Assembly (NCBI GenBank): GCA_000004695.1
Contig: CM000150.2
Location: forward strand, 2,240,001-2,304,000
DNA: 64,000 nucleotides
Direction: 5' to 3'
DNA from: Dictyostelium discoideum
Taxonomy: Eukaryota
The notes under the pieces were generated by a model that was given only the letters and a program-made list of their open reading frames with translations, did not search any database and was not told where the DNA came from. This document shows positions 12,863-24,501 of this stretch, piece by piece. The position numbers and the translations under genes were made by a program. Within the stretch, counting starts at the first letter, position 1. The number at the start of each line of letters is the position of its first letter.

Positions 12863-14746
12863 TTAAAATGATTTATCTTTACAAATACAAATTCTTGAAG
12901 CTTCGGATTTCTTTGGAGGTTTTGAAGTACAACTTAATTTACTATATTGATTTGTAGTCCAACAAATGCCATCTTTATCTTTGATTGGATAAAATGTATC
13001 GGTATTATTACTTGGTATATAGTTTACTTGACTACAATGTTGTTCCAATTGTAGTAAAACTATAGTACTATCAGTTAATAACATCATATCAGATTCTAAA
13101 CATGATACTTTATGTTTTTCACAAAAGTCTTTACAAGAGAAAACTTTTTCAGCCAAAGTAATATCCAATGAGAGATCTTTATCAGTTCTAAATAGCATAG
13201 TACTTGTTAAAGGATTTGTGATGGTTGGATCAAATTCTTCCTTTGGAAAATCATTGAAAAGTATACGTTGACTTTTATTTCTTTGTTGTTGACTATAGAA
13301 TGGTGAATAGGTACCAACCAAATAAACTCTTTTGCCAAAGAAAGTGGTCTCAATAACACCTTTATAGATACCTCTAACAGCGCCACCATTGCCTCTACCA
13401 ACCATTTGAAGTTTATCGATAACTGCATCCCATCTTGGATCGTCATTTGATTTTGCTGGTACATAATAAACGAATCTATTTGAAGTTGAGAACATCATTG
13501 GTATTGAATTTAAAGTATCAACTTCGGTGGCTCTCATAATACGTTTCTTTACTTGAAGATCGTATTCGGGTGAGAGATATTTTGAAAGATTCATATGATA
13601 GGTATGAATGGTGGTAATCTTTGGAAGATAGAAATTATAATTACCCCAACCATCTTTCTCTGGTTGATCTTTGAAGATTGAATCATAGTTTCGTTCTAAT
13701 AATGGAGCATGTTGCGAACGTGGAATCTCTGGAAAAATACAAGAATCACCAGAACGCATTGATTGTTGAACTATAACATCCCATGGTGTAGTTGATTCGA
13801 TTTGCCAATTTGGTTCAATACGTTTTTTATAGATTTCTCTTGAGATTAGGAAACCAAGTCCACCGAAATGATCTTGACGAAGGAATGAGAACTTATTCTC
13901 AAAGTTTGATCTTGATTGCTCAACATTCCATTTGAAACCATTATCATTCCATGCAGAAATACCAAATATGCTTGGATCATAATTCATCAACTTTGAAAGA
14001 TGATTAAAATACTCCAATGAATCTGGTGACATAATTAAATCCTCTTCTAAAAAGATAACTTTATCACTGGTTTCATTATTAAACATAAATGAAAAGATTT
14101 CTTTATAATGTGAATTCATATAGTATTGTTTCTCTTCATTTGATAACACTTGATTGGAATTTGAACCCTCTTGAGATTTCTTTGAAATACGATACTCTTT
14201 GGTTACATTATACTTTGATAATATATTTTGAACTGATTTACCATCATTGAAAACTTTAATTCTATCAATGTTTGCATTACAATTATTGATTAGATTTGCA
14301 AGTAAACGATCTAAATGTTTTGGTTTATTTGATGTCACAATTGCAATGGGTGGATGATCATATAACCTATCAAGATTAGCTGTGATATCAGAGTTCTTTT
14401 TAATTCTAAATTTTCTAACTCTTTCATTGTCTGGTCTAATTTCATCTAACCATTTAACTTTATATAAATCTGATTCAATGGTTGCGTTATTTAATTTCAT
14501 ATTCTCTTTAATTGTTTTAGTTAATTGACTATCACTCCATTCTGCTCTCTGTTGTTGTTGTTGTTGTTGTGGTTGTTGACCTTTATTATTATTATTACCT
14601 CCAACTACACCACCAACACCTCTTTGAGATCTCTCTCTAAAATTCTCTTCATCACTTGAAAAAATGAAATAAAATATGAGTAAAATAAAAACAGCTCCAA
14701 ATATTAACCTCTTTTTATTCGTAATTAAATTTTTACTATCAATTAT

Positions 14747-14749
<3 letters not shown>
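12863..14749 (-). CDS. Type II membrane glycosyltransferase of family GT13 (GnT-I / MGAT1-like) with an extra ~290-aa Cys-containing C-terminal region.
   Basis: Motifs SAWNDNG, FGGLGF, PWDV and PEIPRS align with MGAT1 SAWNDNG, FPGLGW, WDDW and PEISRT. An N-terminal TM segment (LIFGAVFILLIFYFIF) follows a short cytosolic tail. The ATG is at 14749-14747. The track ORF extends to 14881 only because the poly-A run reads as poly-Lys, which is rejected. Confidence 0.8.

Positions 14750-14816
<67 letters not shown>
14750..14816. repeat. A homopolymer of about 65 nt. It reads T65 on the plus strand, which is A65 immediately 5' of the GT13 ATG on the coding strand.
   Basis: Seen directly in the sequence. 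Confidence 0.9.
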
Positions 14817-15546
14817 GGTTTTTTTTTTTTTTTTATATATGTATATTTATTTGTGAATGTGTAAAAAAATATGATTACCAAATTAAAATAAAAAAAAAAA
14901 ATTAAAACATTTTGTGTGTGTGTTTTTTTTTTTTTTCTTTTTTATGACAAAAAAAAAAAAAAAAAAATAAATTAAATAAAATTAAAACATTTTTTGTAAA
15001 CAAAGAAAAAAATAAAAAAATACAAAATCAAAATAAAGTCAATGGTGTGTGTGTGTTAAATGAATAAAATTTTTTTTTTTTTTTCACTTTTTTCAGTTAT
15101 GTGTGTTATAATTAATTATAAATCCAAATTCAAATAATGACTAATTATTTATATTGAGCTTTCATTATTACCTATTTTTTTCTTTTTAAAAATTATTTGT
15201 ATTTTTTTTTTTTCAAATAATGTTCTTTTGGAAAAAAAAAAAAATCCAAAAAAAAAAAATAAAATTTTGATTTGTTGAAAACCAATTTCTGATTTTTTTT
15301 TTTTTTTTTTCAGCCGAAATCAACAAACTGTTTTAAAATAAAAAAAAAATTTAAAAAATAATAAAAATAATAAATAATAATAAACAAAAGACCATTAAAT
15401 AATAATTACCATTTTAGATTTTTAATAAAAAATGATGATTTTGTTTTGGATTTTTAATCTAAATCAATCGCTATTATGTATTTATTAATTTGGCATATAA
15501 TACAATTTTCCAAAGTGTACATCGTTTGGCTTATTCTTTGTTGTTG

Positions 15547-15586
<40 letters not shown>

Positions 15587-16022
15587 CTTGAATTCGTAGG
15601 TGGAAATAATTAGTCTGTTTTCTAACCATTGGTAATCAATACAAGAATTTGGATGGAATTTCTGGTCATATAGAACTGTCGCTCTTAAAAAAAAAAAAAA
15701 AAAAAAAAATTTAAATAAAATAAAATAAAATAAAATAAAATTAAAATTTTGATCATATCAAGCTTTTTTTTTTATTTTATTTTATTTTTTTTTTATTTAT
15801 TTTTTTTATTTTTTTTTTTTTTTTCGAATTTTGTTTTTTTTTTAATTTTTTTTTTTTTTTTTTTCTTGTGATCAAATTCATTGTTTTTGAATAATAAATA
15901 ATAATAATAATAATAATAATAAATAATAAATAAATAAATAGAATTTTCATAATTTTCAAATAATTAGAAATTCTTTTTTTTTTTTTTAAAAATTATTATA
16001 TATATATATTAAAAAAAAAAAA

Positions 16023-17759
16023 ATGAAAACTCCAACTAAATATTTCATTATATTTATTTTATTAGCTGCTTTAGCAGTTTTTGTATCTGAAGCCACTTCA
16101 AAAGTTGGACAACAAACAACCACAACTACTCAACAAGTTAAATGTTCAGGTTTACAATGTACTCTCAATAAACTTATTGTTGCTGGTATGTAAATTGATA
16201 AAAAAAAAAAAAAAAAATAAAAATAAAAATAAAAAAAAAGAATTTTTAAAAATCCAAATTAATTAATATTTTTACAAATATATTAATATTAAATTTATTT
16301 TATTTTATTTTTATTTTTTATAGTTGGTAAATTTACAATTAAACAAATTTTAGTTGGAATTGTTATTGTATTAGCAACAATTGCATTACATCAACAATAT
16401 GTTATTACACAAAAGAAAGGATCATTACCAGGACCATCATTCGTTCCACCATTCTTTGGTATGCTTTTCCAATTGATCTTCACTCCATTCTCATTCTATG
16501 AAAAACAAGAAAAGTATGGACCAATCTCATGGACATCAATTATGAATAAATTTGTACTTTTTGTCACTGATGCCGAGATCAATCGTCAAGTTTTCAAGGA
16601 AGAGAATGCCAAATTGTACCTTTCATTGGGTGCAAAGAAGATTCTCACTGAAAAGGCCATTCCATTCATTGAAGGTGCTCCACACAGACAATTACGTAAA
16701 CAATTGTTACCATTATTCACCATTCGTGCTCTTTCATCCTATCTTCCAATTCAAGAATCCATCGTCGATGAACATATTGCCATGTGGATTAAAAACGGTA
16801 AAGCCGATATCAACGCTCGTAACAATTGTCGTGATCTCAATATGGCCATTTCAACCGGTGTTTTCGTAGGTAACAATACACCAGAATCTGTTCGTGATGA
16901 TATTGCCAAGAATTTCTTTGTCATGAATGAAGGTTTCCTTTGTCTCCCAATCGATTTACCAGGTACCACTCTCCGTAAGGCAATCAATGCTCGTGTTCGT
17001 TTAGTTGAGATCTTCACTGATATCATCGCCAAAAGTCGTAAGAGAATGGGTGATGGTGAAAAACCACAATCTCTCATTGATCTCTGGGTTGAACATTTCC
17101 TCAATTGTCCAGAAGAAGAAAGAGATGAACTCAGCAATGACACTATTATCTTTACTCTCTTAAGTTTCATGTTTGCCTCTCAAGATGCTCTCACCTCTTC
17201 ATTGGTTTGGACCGTTCAATTAATGGCTGAACATCCAGATATTCTCGCTAAAGTTAGAGCCGAACAAGCTAGCCTCCGTCCAAATAATGAAAAATTAGAC
17301 CTTGATACCATGAGACAAGCCACCTACACTCGTATGGTAGTTTCTGAAATCCTTCGTTTCCGTCCACCAGCTGTTATGGTTCCACATGAAAACATTGAAG
17401 ATATCGTCATTGGTGATAATGTTCACGTTCCAAAGGGTACTATGATTCTTCCATCCATTTGGTCTGCTCACTTCCAAGAAGGTGGTTACTCTGATCCATA
17501 CAAATTCGATCCACAACGTTTCGATTCTGTCCGTAAGGAAGATGTCACTTGTGCTAAAAACTCACTCGTCTTTGGTGCTGGTCCACACTTTTGTATTGGT
17601 AAAGAACTCGCTAAAAATCAAATCGAAGTTTTCTTAACTAAATTAGCAATGTCAACTGAATGGACTCACAACAAAACTCCAGGTGGTGATGAAATTATCT
17701 TTGGTCCAACTATTTTCCCAAAGGATGGTTGTAACATTACTATTAAAGCTCGTAATTAA
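16023..17759 (+). CDS. Cytochrome P450, possibly CYP61/CYP710-like sterol C22-desaturase. Exons 16023..16185 and 16324..17759.
   Basis: Heme-binding signature FGAGPHFCIGK, with His in place of the usual Arg as in CYP61/710. LPGP..PFFG lies near the N-terminus. The TM anchor ILVGIVIVLATIAL is in exon 2, which has no Met before MLFQL, so an upstream exon is required. A GTATGT donor at 16186 (phase 1) and a TATAG acceptor at 16319-16323 are phase-consistent with the ATG at 16023. The exact family assignment is tentative. Confidence 0.7.
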
Positions 17760-18508
17760 ATTTAAATATTTAATTTCAATTTAAAATTTAAAAAATAAAA
17801 ATAAAAATAAAATAAAAAAATAAACAACAATACATATAATTTTGTTATTATTTAAATAAAAACTTTATTTATTTTTTTTTATTTAAATAATAACAAAATT
17901 ATTTATTAACTTATTTTTTTAAATCTATTATTATTATTATTATTTTCTCATTTTAAAAAGATTAATTTTTGTCAATATTTTTTTTTTTTTTTTTTTTTTT
18001 TTGAATTATAAAAATTGTAATCAAAATATTTTTTAATTTTTTTTTATTTTAATAATTCCAAAAATAGATCAAAAAAAAAAAAAAATATCCTTTTTTTTTT
18101 TAATTTCATTAAATAATTAATTCACCATTGTTCAATACTTTTATTTATATTGAAAAAAAAAATGAAAGCTTCTTATTGATTTTACCACTCACACACATTT
18201 TCACACCAAATTCAAAAAATTACTTAATATTAATTCCAACAGTTAACACAGTATGTGTGTTTGTGTGTGAGTGAGTAGTGGATATCATTGTGTTATATTA
18301 AATAATTAATGAAAAAAAAAAAAAAAAAAAAAAAAAAAATAATAATAATAATAATAATAATATATGGAATAAAATAAAATAATAATTTTAAAAATATAAA
18401 TAATTAAAATAAAATAAAAAAAAAAAAAAATCACTATACAAACAGATTGGCATTATTAATAACAATACAAATTTATCTGTACAAAATTATAATTAAAAAT
18501 AAATAATT

Positions 18509-18554
<46 letters not shown>

Positions 18555-18755
18555 AAATCAAATATAAATAATATATAATATAATATATATATATTTATAT
18601 TTATATTTTTTTTTTTTTTTTTTATTTTTTTATTTTTTAAAAAAAAGGAATAGGAAAAAAAAAAAAAGTGGTTTTGTTGTTTTGTACATCACCACAATAA
18701 AAAATTTAAAATTAAACTCAAAATCGAAATAATTTAATCATTATTTAAATCACAA

Positions 18756-20867
18756 ATGAATCAAAATTTTGGGTTTAAACTTTTTTTCCTTTTTTTCTTT
18801 TTTTATTTTTTTTTTGGTATAAATTGTTCTCAACAACAACAAAAACAAGAACTTCAAAATAAAAATTATAATAATATTTTAAATTATTTAAATGAAACTT
18901 TTAATAATAATAATAATAATAATGATAAAAGTAATATAAATAATAATTTAAATAATAATAATAATATTAAATTATGGGTATTTTTTAATTCAAAAGAAAT
19001 AATAAAAGTTAATAATAATAATCATAATGATATTAAATTAAAAATTGGTATTAATAATGAATCAATAAAAAGAAGATCAAAATTATTAAAAAAACAAATT
19101 ATAGATGATACAGATTTACCAGTTTCAGAAAATTATATAAATCAAATTTTACAATGTAATAATAAAATTGTTAAACTTGGATATAAATCGAATTGGTTAA
19201 ATTCAATTTCAATTTCACTTTTATTTGATGATACAGATAAAGTTTCATCAGCATCCTCATCTTTTTCACCATTGTCTAGAATTGAAATTATTGAAAATAT
19301 TACAAAATGTATAGTTTTGAAACCATTTGTTGAAAAGATTGATATTGTTTCAAAATTAAAAAAAGTTAAAGAATCAGAGACAGTTACACCAACACCACCA
19401 TTGGAGAGTACTTCAGTTAATGAAACATTTTATGGTAAATCAGCAGATGGTATTAAACAGATATCAATGGATAAATTGATAGAGATGGGATTGGATGGTA
19501 GTGGGGTTGTAATATTAATAATTGATGATGGATTCTATAAGGATCATCAGTGTTTTAAAAAATTAAGGATTCTTGGTGAACTAAATTTGGATCAACAATC
19601 TCCCCATATGAATGATACACAAGATAGACCAATGATGGAGGAAGACCATGATCATGGTACTGCAACACTATCAGTTTTATCATGCGATATGCCAGGTGTG
19701 ATGATTGGTGGAGCACGTAATGCATCCTATCTATTGGCAAGAATAACGATATTCGATGAAATCGATAGTTACATTGAAGAGGACCAATGGGTAGTAGCAT
19801 TGGAATGGGGTGAAAAAATGGGTGCTGATTTAGTTTCATCATCTCTTAGTTATTTATTATCTTTCAATTACAGCTTTGCCGGATTGGATGGTAAAACCTC
19901 TCACACAACAATTGCAACCAATTTGGCAAGTTCCAAAGGTGTACTTATTGTAAATAGTATGGGTAATAATGATTTTAGTATATATGGTGCACCAAATGAT
20001 GGTGAAAATGTCATATCGGTAGGTGCTGTAGATAGAAGGGGTAATATGGCATACTTTTCATCTATTGGTCCAACTGCAGATGGTAGAATCAAACCTGATA
20101 CCCTAGCATTGGGAATTGATATCTATGTAGCATCCATTAGTGGTCCTTCAAATTTCACTCGTATGAGCGGAACATCATTCTCTTGTCCATTGGTCGCTTC
20201 TGCAATTGCATTACTAATGCAAGCTAAACCCAATTGGACTTCAACACAACTTCACGAGGCAGTTATTGATTCTTGCGAATGGTCAATTTATCCACATTAT
20301 TACATGGGTTGGGGTATTTTTAATGTATCGAAAGCATTATCATATAAACCAATTCCAATGAATAATACTTGTTTTAATAATTGTAATTCAAGTGGTTTAT
20401 GTTGTAAAATTTCAAATAACAATTTTAATAATAATAATAATAGTTTATCCACACATTCAACATCCTCATCATCAATATCTCAACAAAATTATTTTAATTC
20501 ATGTAATTGTGCAAATGCATATTATGGTAGATATTGTCAATATAAAAGGATAGAATGTGGTTATCGTTGTAAATATGATTTTCTAGGTGAAACAAAATGT
20601 CAAAAAAATAATTTTAATGATAAAATTTCATTTAGGTGTATAAAATCATCACAATATAATAATTCAATTGTAAATTTTGACCCATATAAAATTCCAACCA
20701 CTTGTAAAATTATTGGTGATACTCGTCCTAATCAAAATAAATTTATTAATGACGATAATGATAATGATGATAATAATAATTCTTCAAATAATAACAATAA
20801 TAATAATTTCAATTTATTTAATAATTATTTATTTAAATTATTTATTTTAATTTTAATTTTAATTTAA
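18756..20867 (+). CDS. Subtilisin-like serine protease (S8) with an I9-like propeptide, an EGF-like Cys-rich region and a hydrophobic C-terminal tail that is likely a GPI signal.
   Basis: Catalytic triad context: IDDGFYKDHQCF (Asp), HGTATLS (His), GTSFSCPLVASAIALL (Ser). A signal peptide is present. The C-terminus is FKLFILILILI. Single exon. Confidence 0.85.
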   Translation: MNQNFGFKLFFLFFFFYFFFGINCSQQQQKQELQNKNYNNILNYLNETFNNNNNNNDKSNINNNLNNNNNIKLWVFFNSKEIIKVNNNNHNDIKLKIGINNESIKRRSKLLKKQIIDDTDLPVSENYINQILQCNNKIVKLGYKSNWLNSISISLLFDDTDKVSSASSSFSPLSRIEIIENITKCIVLKPFVEKIDIVSKLKKVKESETVTPTPPLESTSVNETFYGKSADGIKQISMDKLIEMGLDGSGVVILIIDDGFYKDHQCFKKLRILGELNLDQQSPHMNDTQDRPMMEEDHDHGTATLSVLSCDMPGVMIGGARNASYLLARITIFDEIDSYIEEDQWVVALEWGEKMGADLVSSSLSYLLSFNYSFAGLDGKTSHTTIATNLASSKGVLIVNSMGNNDFSIYGAPNDGENVISVGAVDRRGNMAYFSSIGPTADGRIKPDTLALGIDIYVASISGPSNFTRMSGTSFSCPLVASAIALLMQAKPNWTSTQLHEAVIDSCEWSIYPHYYMGWGIFNVSKALSYKPIPMNNTCFNNCNSSGLCCKISNNNFNNNNNSLSTHSTSSSSISQQNYFNSCNCANAYYGRYCQYKRIECGYRCKYDFLGETKCQKNNFNDKISFRCIKSSQYNNSIVNFDPYKIPTTCKIIGDTRPNQNKFINDDNDNDDNNNSSNNNNNNNFNLFNNYLFKLFILILILI

Positions 20868-20958
20868 TATTGCAATAATATAATTAATAATAATAATAAT
20901 TTATTTATATAAAATTAATATAAATAAATAAATATATAAATATATTAAATATATATCT

Positions 20959-20995
<37 letters not shown>

Positions 20996-21573
20996 ATTGA
21001 AAAAAAAAAAAAAAAAAAAAAAAAAAATTATTTTAAAGACACACCACGATACATCATCAAATTACAAATTTTTTTTATTATAAATTAAAAATTTTTTATT
21101 TTTTAAATAATTAAAAAAATGCTATGTTAATTTTTTTTTATATAAATTTATATATATAATTAAATACCCTTTTTTGTCATACCATTGTTTTTTTTATTAT
21201 TTTTTTTAATAATTTTGATAATCTATTAATAGTATTAAAATTAAATAGTTCTATTTTTAGAAATTTTTGTATGTTTGGGATTATAGTGAGTGTTTTATAT
21301 GTGAATTTAAAAAAAACCCCTCTTTTTTTCAAAATCAAATATACGCAGACAAACATTTGTTTTTTTAATTATATTTTATTTTTTTTTATTTTTTATTTTT
21401 TTTTTTTTATTTATTCAAATATTTCTTTTCTATTTTATTACTTCGTATAAAAAAAAAAAACAAAAAAAAAAACCAATTATTAAATTCCATCATTGCAAAT
21501 ATTTATAAAAAATATATATTAAAAATATAATTTTATAATAATAAACAATTATTGTTTTAAAAAAAAAAAAAAG

Positions 21574-21617
<44 letters not shown>

Positions 21618-21645
21618 AATAAATAAATAATTAAAATTTAATAAA

Positions 21646-23586
21646 ATGAAAATAAATTATATTTTATTATTAATTTTATTATTAATTAAATTAATAAACT
21701 CTTTTAATTATGAATTTGATGGCAAATATAAAATTTCAGAAAAATTAACTGACCATTTAATAAATAATCAAGATGAAGAAAATATTAAAATTTGGGTTAC
21801 TTTTAATTCAAAAAAAAAAGAAAATTTTTATAATATCGAAGAGTTTTCAAAAAACAATGGATTAAAAAAAGAATCAATAGAAAGAAGAATCAATAGATGT
21901 CATGATAAAAATAAAATTATTGATGATAGTGATATTATAATTAATCAAGATTTTATAAATCAAGTTTTAACCTGTGGTAATGAAAATACAATTAAATTAA
22001 TTCAAAAATCAAATTGGTTAAATTCAATCTCAATCTCACTTTTAAAAGAAACTTCAAATAAATTAATTGATTGTATAAAATCATTAGAATTTGTTGAAAC
22101 TGTAGATTTAGTTACAAAATTTAAAAAGAAAACAACGACAACAACAACAACTAAACCATTATCATCATCATCTAATGAATTTAATGGTTGTTTAAAAAAT
22201 GATGAAGATAATTCAAAATTTGAAAAAGAATTTAATAATTTAATTGAAAAGAAATTATTAGATTTAAAAAATAAATTATATTCATCATCAGCATCAGCAT
22301 CAGCATCAGCATCATCTTCTGATTCATATTTCAATGAAATTCCTGATAAATATTATGGTTATTCAAATACTGGATTGAGACAAATTAATGTTGATAAATT
22401 ACATGAAATGGGATATGATGGTTTTGGAATTAAAATTTTAATAACAGATACTGGTTATAGAAAATCTCATGAGGTTTTTAAACATATGAAAATTATTGGT
22501 GAATATAATTTCTTAAAGAATAAAAATAATACACAAGATGATTTTGATCCATTTTTTAAAGATGTAAATGAACAACAAACTGGCCATGGCACATTTACAT
22601 TATCAACTTTGGGTGGTTATAGACCTGGTGTTTTAATAGGTGCAGCATATAATGCATCATTTTTATTAGCTGAAACTGAAAATGCTACAAGTGATTTCCC
22701 ATTGGAGGAAGATAATTGGATTGCAGCTATTGAATGGGGTGAAAGCCATGGAGCTCAATTAGTATCCTCTTCATTGGGTTACGAAAATTGGTATACCTAT
22801 GCAAATAAGGATGGTCATTTTTCAAAAATTTCAAGAGTGGCAACAATGGCAGTTAATAAAGGAATGGTGGTAGTAATGGGTGTTGGTAATTCTGGTGATT
22901 TGGGTATGGGAATACCTGCAGATGCAGAATACGTTATATCAGTGGGTGCAATTGATTCAAATGGAGAAAGAACTGAATTCTCTTCAATTGGGCCCACTGC
23001 TGATGGGAGAATAAAACCAGAGGTAATGGCATTGGGACTTGGTAATTTAGTTGCACATAATTTAAACGATACCACCTATGATCGATTTGATGGCACAAGT
23101 TTCTCTTGCCCATTGGTAGCATCTGGTATAGCATTATTAATGCAGGCTCATCCAAATTGGTCACCAAAACAAATTTATGAAGCTGTGATTAGTAGTGCTT
23201 CAAAATCTAAATCACCAGATTATTTAATGGGTTTTGGTATTTTTAATGCCCTAAAAGCATATGAACACAATCCAACAAATTCATCCGATTGTACAATTAA
23301 TGGAATTGGCTGTTCAAATTCAAATGGTAGATGTAATTTACAATCAAAGCAATGTCAATGTGAATTACCATTTTATGGACAGTTTTGCCAATACAATAGA
23401 ATTCCTTGTGGTCAAAGATGTTTATTTTTAAATTCAACTTGTGGAATTCCTTCTAATAATTTTAATGTATCATTTACATGTATTGAACCAAACATTGGTG
23501 ATTTTTCAAATCAATCTCCAAAATTAAATAACAACAATTTTTATAAATCATTATTTATAATATTTTTATTTTTTATTTCAATTTAA
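21646..23586 (+). CDS. Subtilisin-like serine protease (S8), a tandem paralog of 18756..20867 with the same architecture.
   Basis: DTGYRKSHEVF, HGTFTLS and GTSFSCPLVASGIALLMQAHPNWS. Shared blocks WVTFNSK and SNWLNSISISLL. Cys-rich tail (CQCELPFYGQFCQYNRIPCGQRC) and hydrophobic end (FIIFLFFISI). Confidence 0.85.
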   Translation: MKINYILLLILLLIKLINSFNYEFDGKYKISEKLTDHLINNQDEENIKIWVTFNSKKKENFYNIEEFSKNNGLKKESIERRINRCHDKNKIIDDSDIIINQDFINQVLTCGNENTIKLIQKSNWLNSISISLLKETSNKLIDCIKSLEFVETVDLVTKFKKKTTTTTTTKPLSSSSNEFNGCLKNDEDNSKFEKEFNNLIEKKLLDLKNKLYSSSASASASASSSDSYFNEIPDKYYGYSNTGLRQINVDKLHEMGYDGFGIKILITDTGYRKSHEVFKHMKIIGEYNFLKNKNNTQDDFDPFFKDVNEQQTGHGTFTLSTLGGYRPGVLIGAAYNASFLLAETENATSDFPLEEDNWIAAIEWGESHGAQLVSSSLGYENWYTYANKDGHFSKISRVATMAVNKGMVVVMGVGNSGDLGMGIPADAEYVISVGAIDSNGERTEFSSIGPTADGRIKPEVMALGLGNLVAHNLNDTTYDRFDGTSFSCPLVASGIALLMQAHPNWSPKQIYEAVISSASKSKSPDYLMGFGIFNALKAYEHNPTNSSDCTINGIGCSNSNGRCNLQSKQCQCELPFYGQFCQYNRIPCGQRCLFLNSTCGIPSNNFNVSFTCIEPNIGDFSNQSPKLNNNNFYKSLFIIFLFFISI

Positions 23587-24501
23587 TAAATATTTTTAAT
23601 TTTAACAAATAAATAAAATTTATTATTATTATTTTTTTCTTATTTGTTAAATAGTTTTTCTTTTTTTTTTTTATTTTTCTTTTATTTAATAATATAAAAT
23701 TTTTATTAATTTTGTAGTGCATAGAGCAATTGCTTTTAGCTCGATTTCTTAGTAGAAAGAAATTGTTGTTGTTGATATGGTTTCTGTTTTTGTTTGTATG
23801 AATTTGAAGAGGTGTGACTGTAGAGTGAGAGCAATGGTGAGAGTATTTTTTATTTTTTTTTTTTTTAAAAAAGGTTAATAATTAATTGAAATTAAAAATG
23901 GACAAAATTTATATTTAAATATATTTTTAGTTATTTGAATGTATATTAAATATGTTTTTATTTATATAAATATCAAATAAATAAATTAATCCAATATTAA
24001 TTATTATAATTTTTTTTATTATTTTTTTGTAAGGTTTGATAATTTTTGCACATCTCCAGCTCTCAGACAAAACATTTCTTTTTTATTTTTCTTTTTATTA
24101 AAAAAAAAAAAAAAAAAAAAAGAAATCGCCTACCCGGAAAGCTGGAGTGAGCCAAAAGTTAATCAAATTTTACCAATAAAAATAATAATAATAATAATAA
24201 ATATTAATTTTTTTTTACTAAATTCTAAGTGAATTTCTTTTTTACCAAATTCTAAAGTGACTTTATTTGATAATAAAAAAAAAAAAAAAAAAAAAAAAAT
24301 TTATATATATATTTTTAATTAATAAAAAAAAAAAAAAATATATAAAAAAATTAACAAAAAAGAAAAATATTCAATAAAAAAAAAATATTCAATAAAAAAA
24401 AAAAAAAAAAAATAGAAAATGAAAAGTAAAAAAAAACAATTTAATTATTTGTACTAATTTTTCTTTATTTAATAAAAATTAATAAAAAAAAAAAAATAAT
24501 T

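Noticed and set aside
12754-12957. 67-aa ORF MYLLYLLYLL...
   Set aside because: It is a translation of the (TTTATTGTA)n minisatellite and poly-T run, and it overlaps the 3' end of the GT13 gene on the other strand.
14750-14881. N-terminal extension of the GT13 ORF through poly-Lys
   Set aside because: It is encoded by an A65 homopolymer. The first ATG after the run (14749) gives a sensible cytosolic tail, TM and GT13 layout.
4865-20092. Numerous 60-140-aa antisense ORFs inside the sacsin, P450 and protease genes (for example 4865..5062, 6245..6505, 16751..17170, 19555..19842)
   Set aside because: They lie wholly inside strong sense-strand genes, have no domain content, and are the expected by-product of less AT-rich coding DNA.
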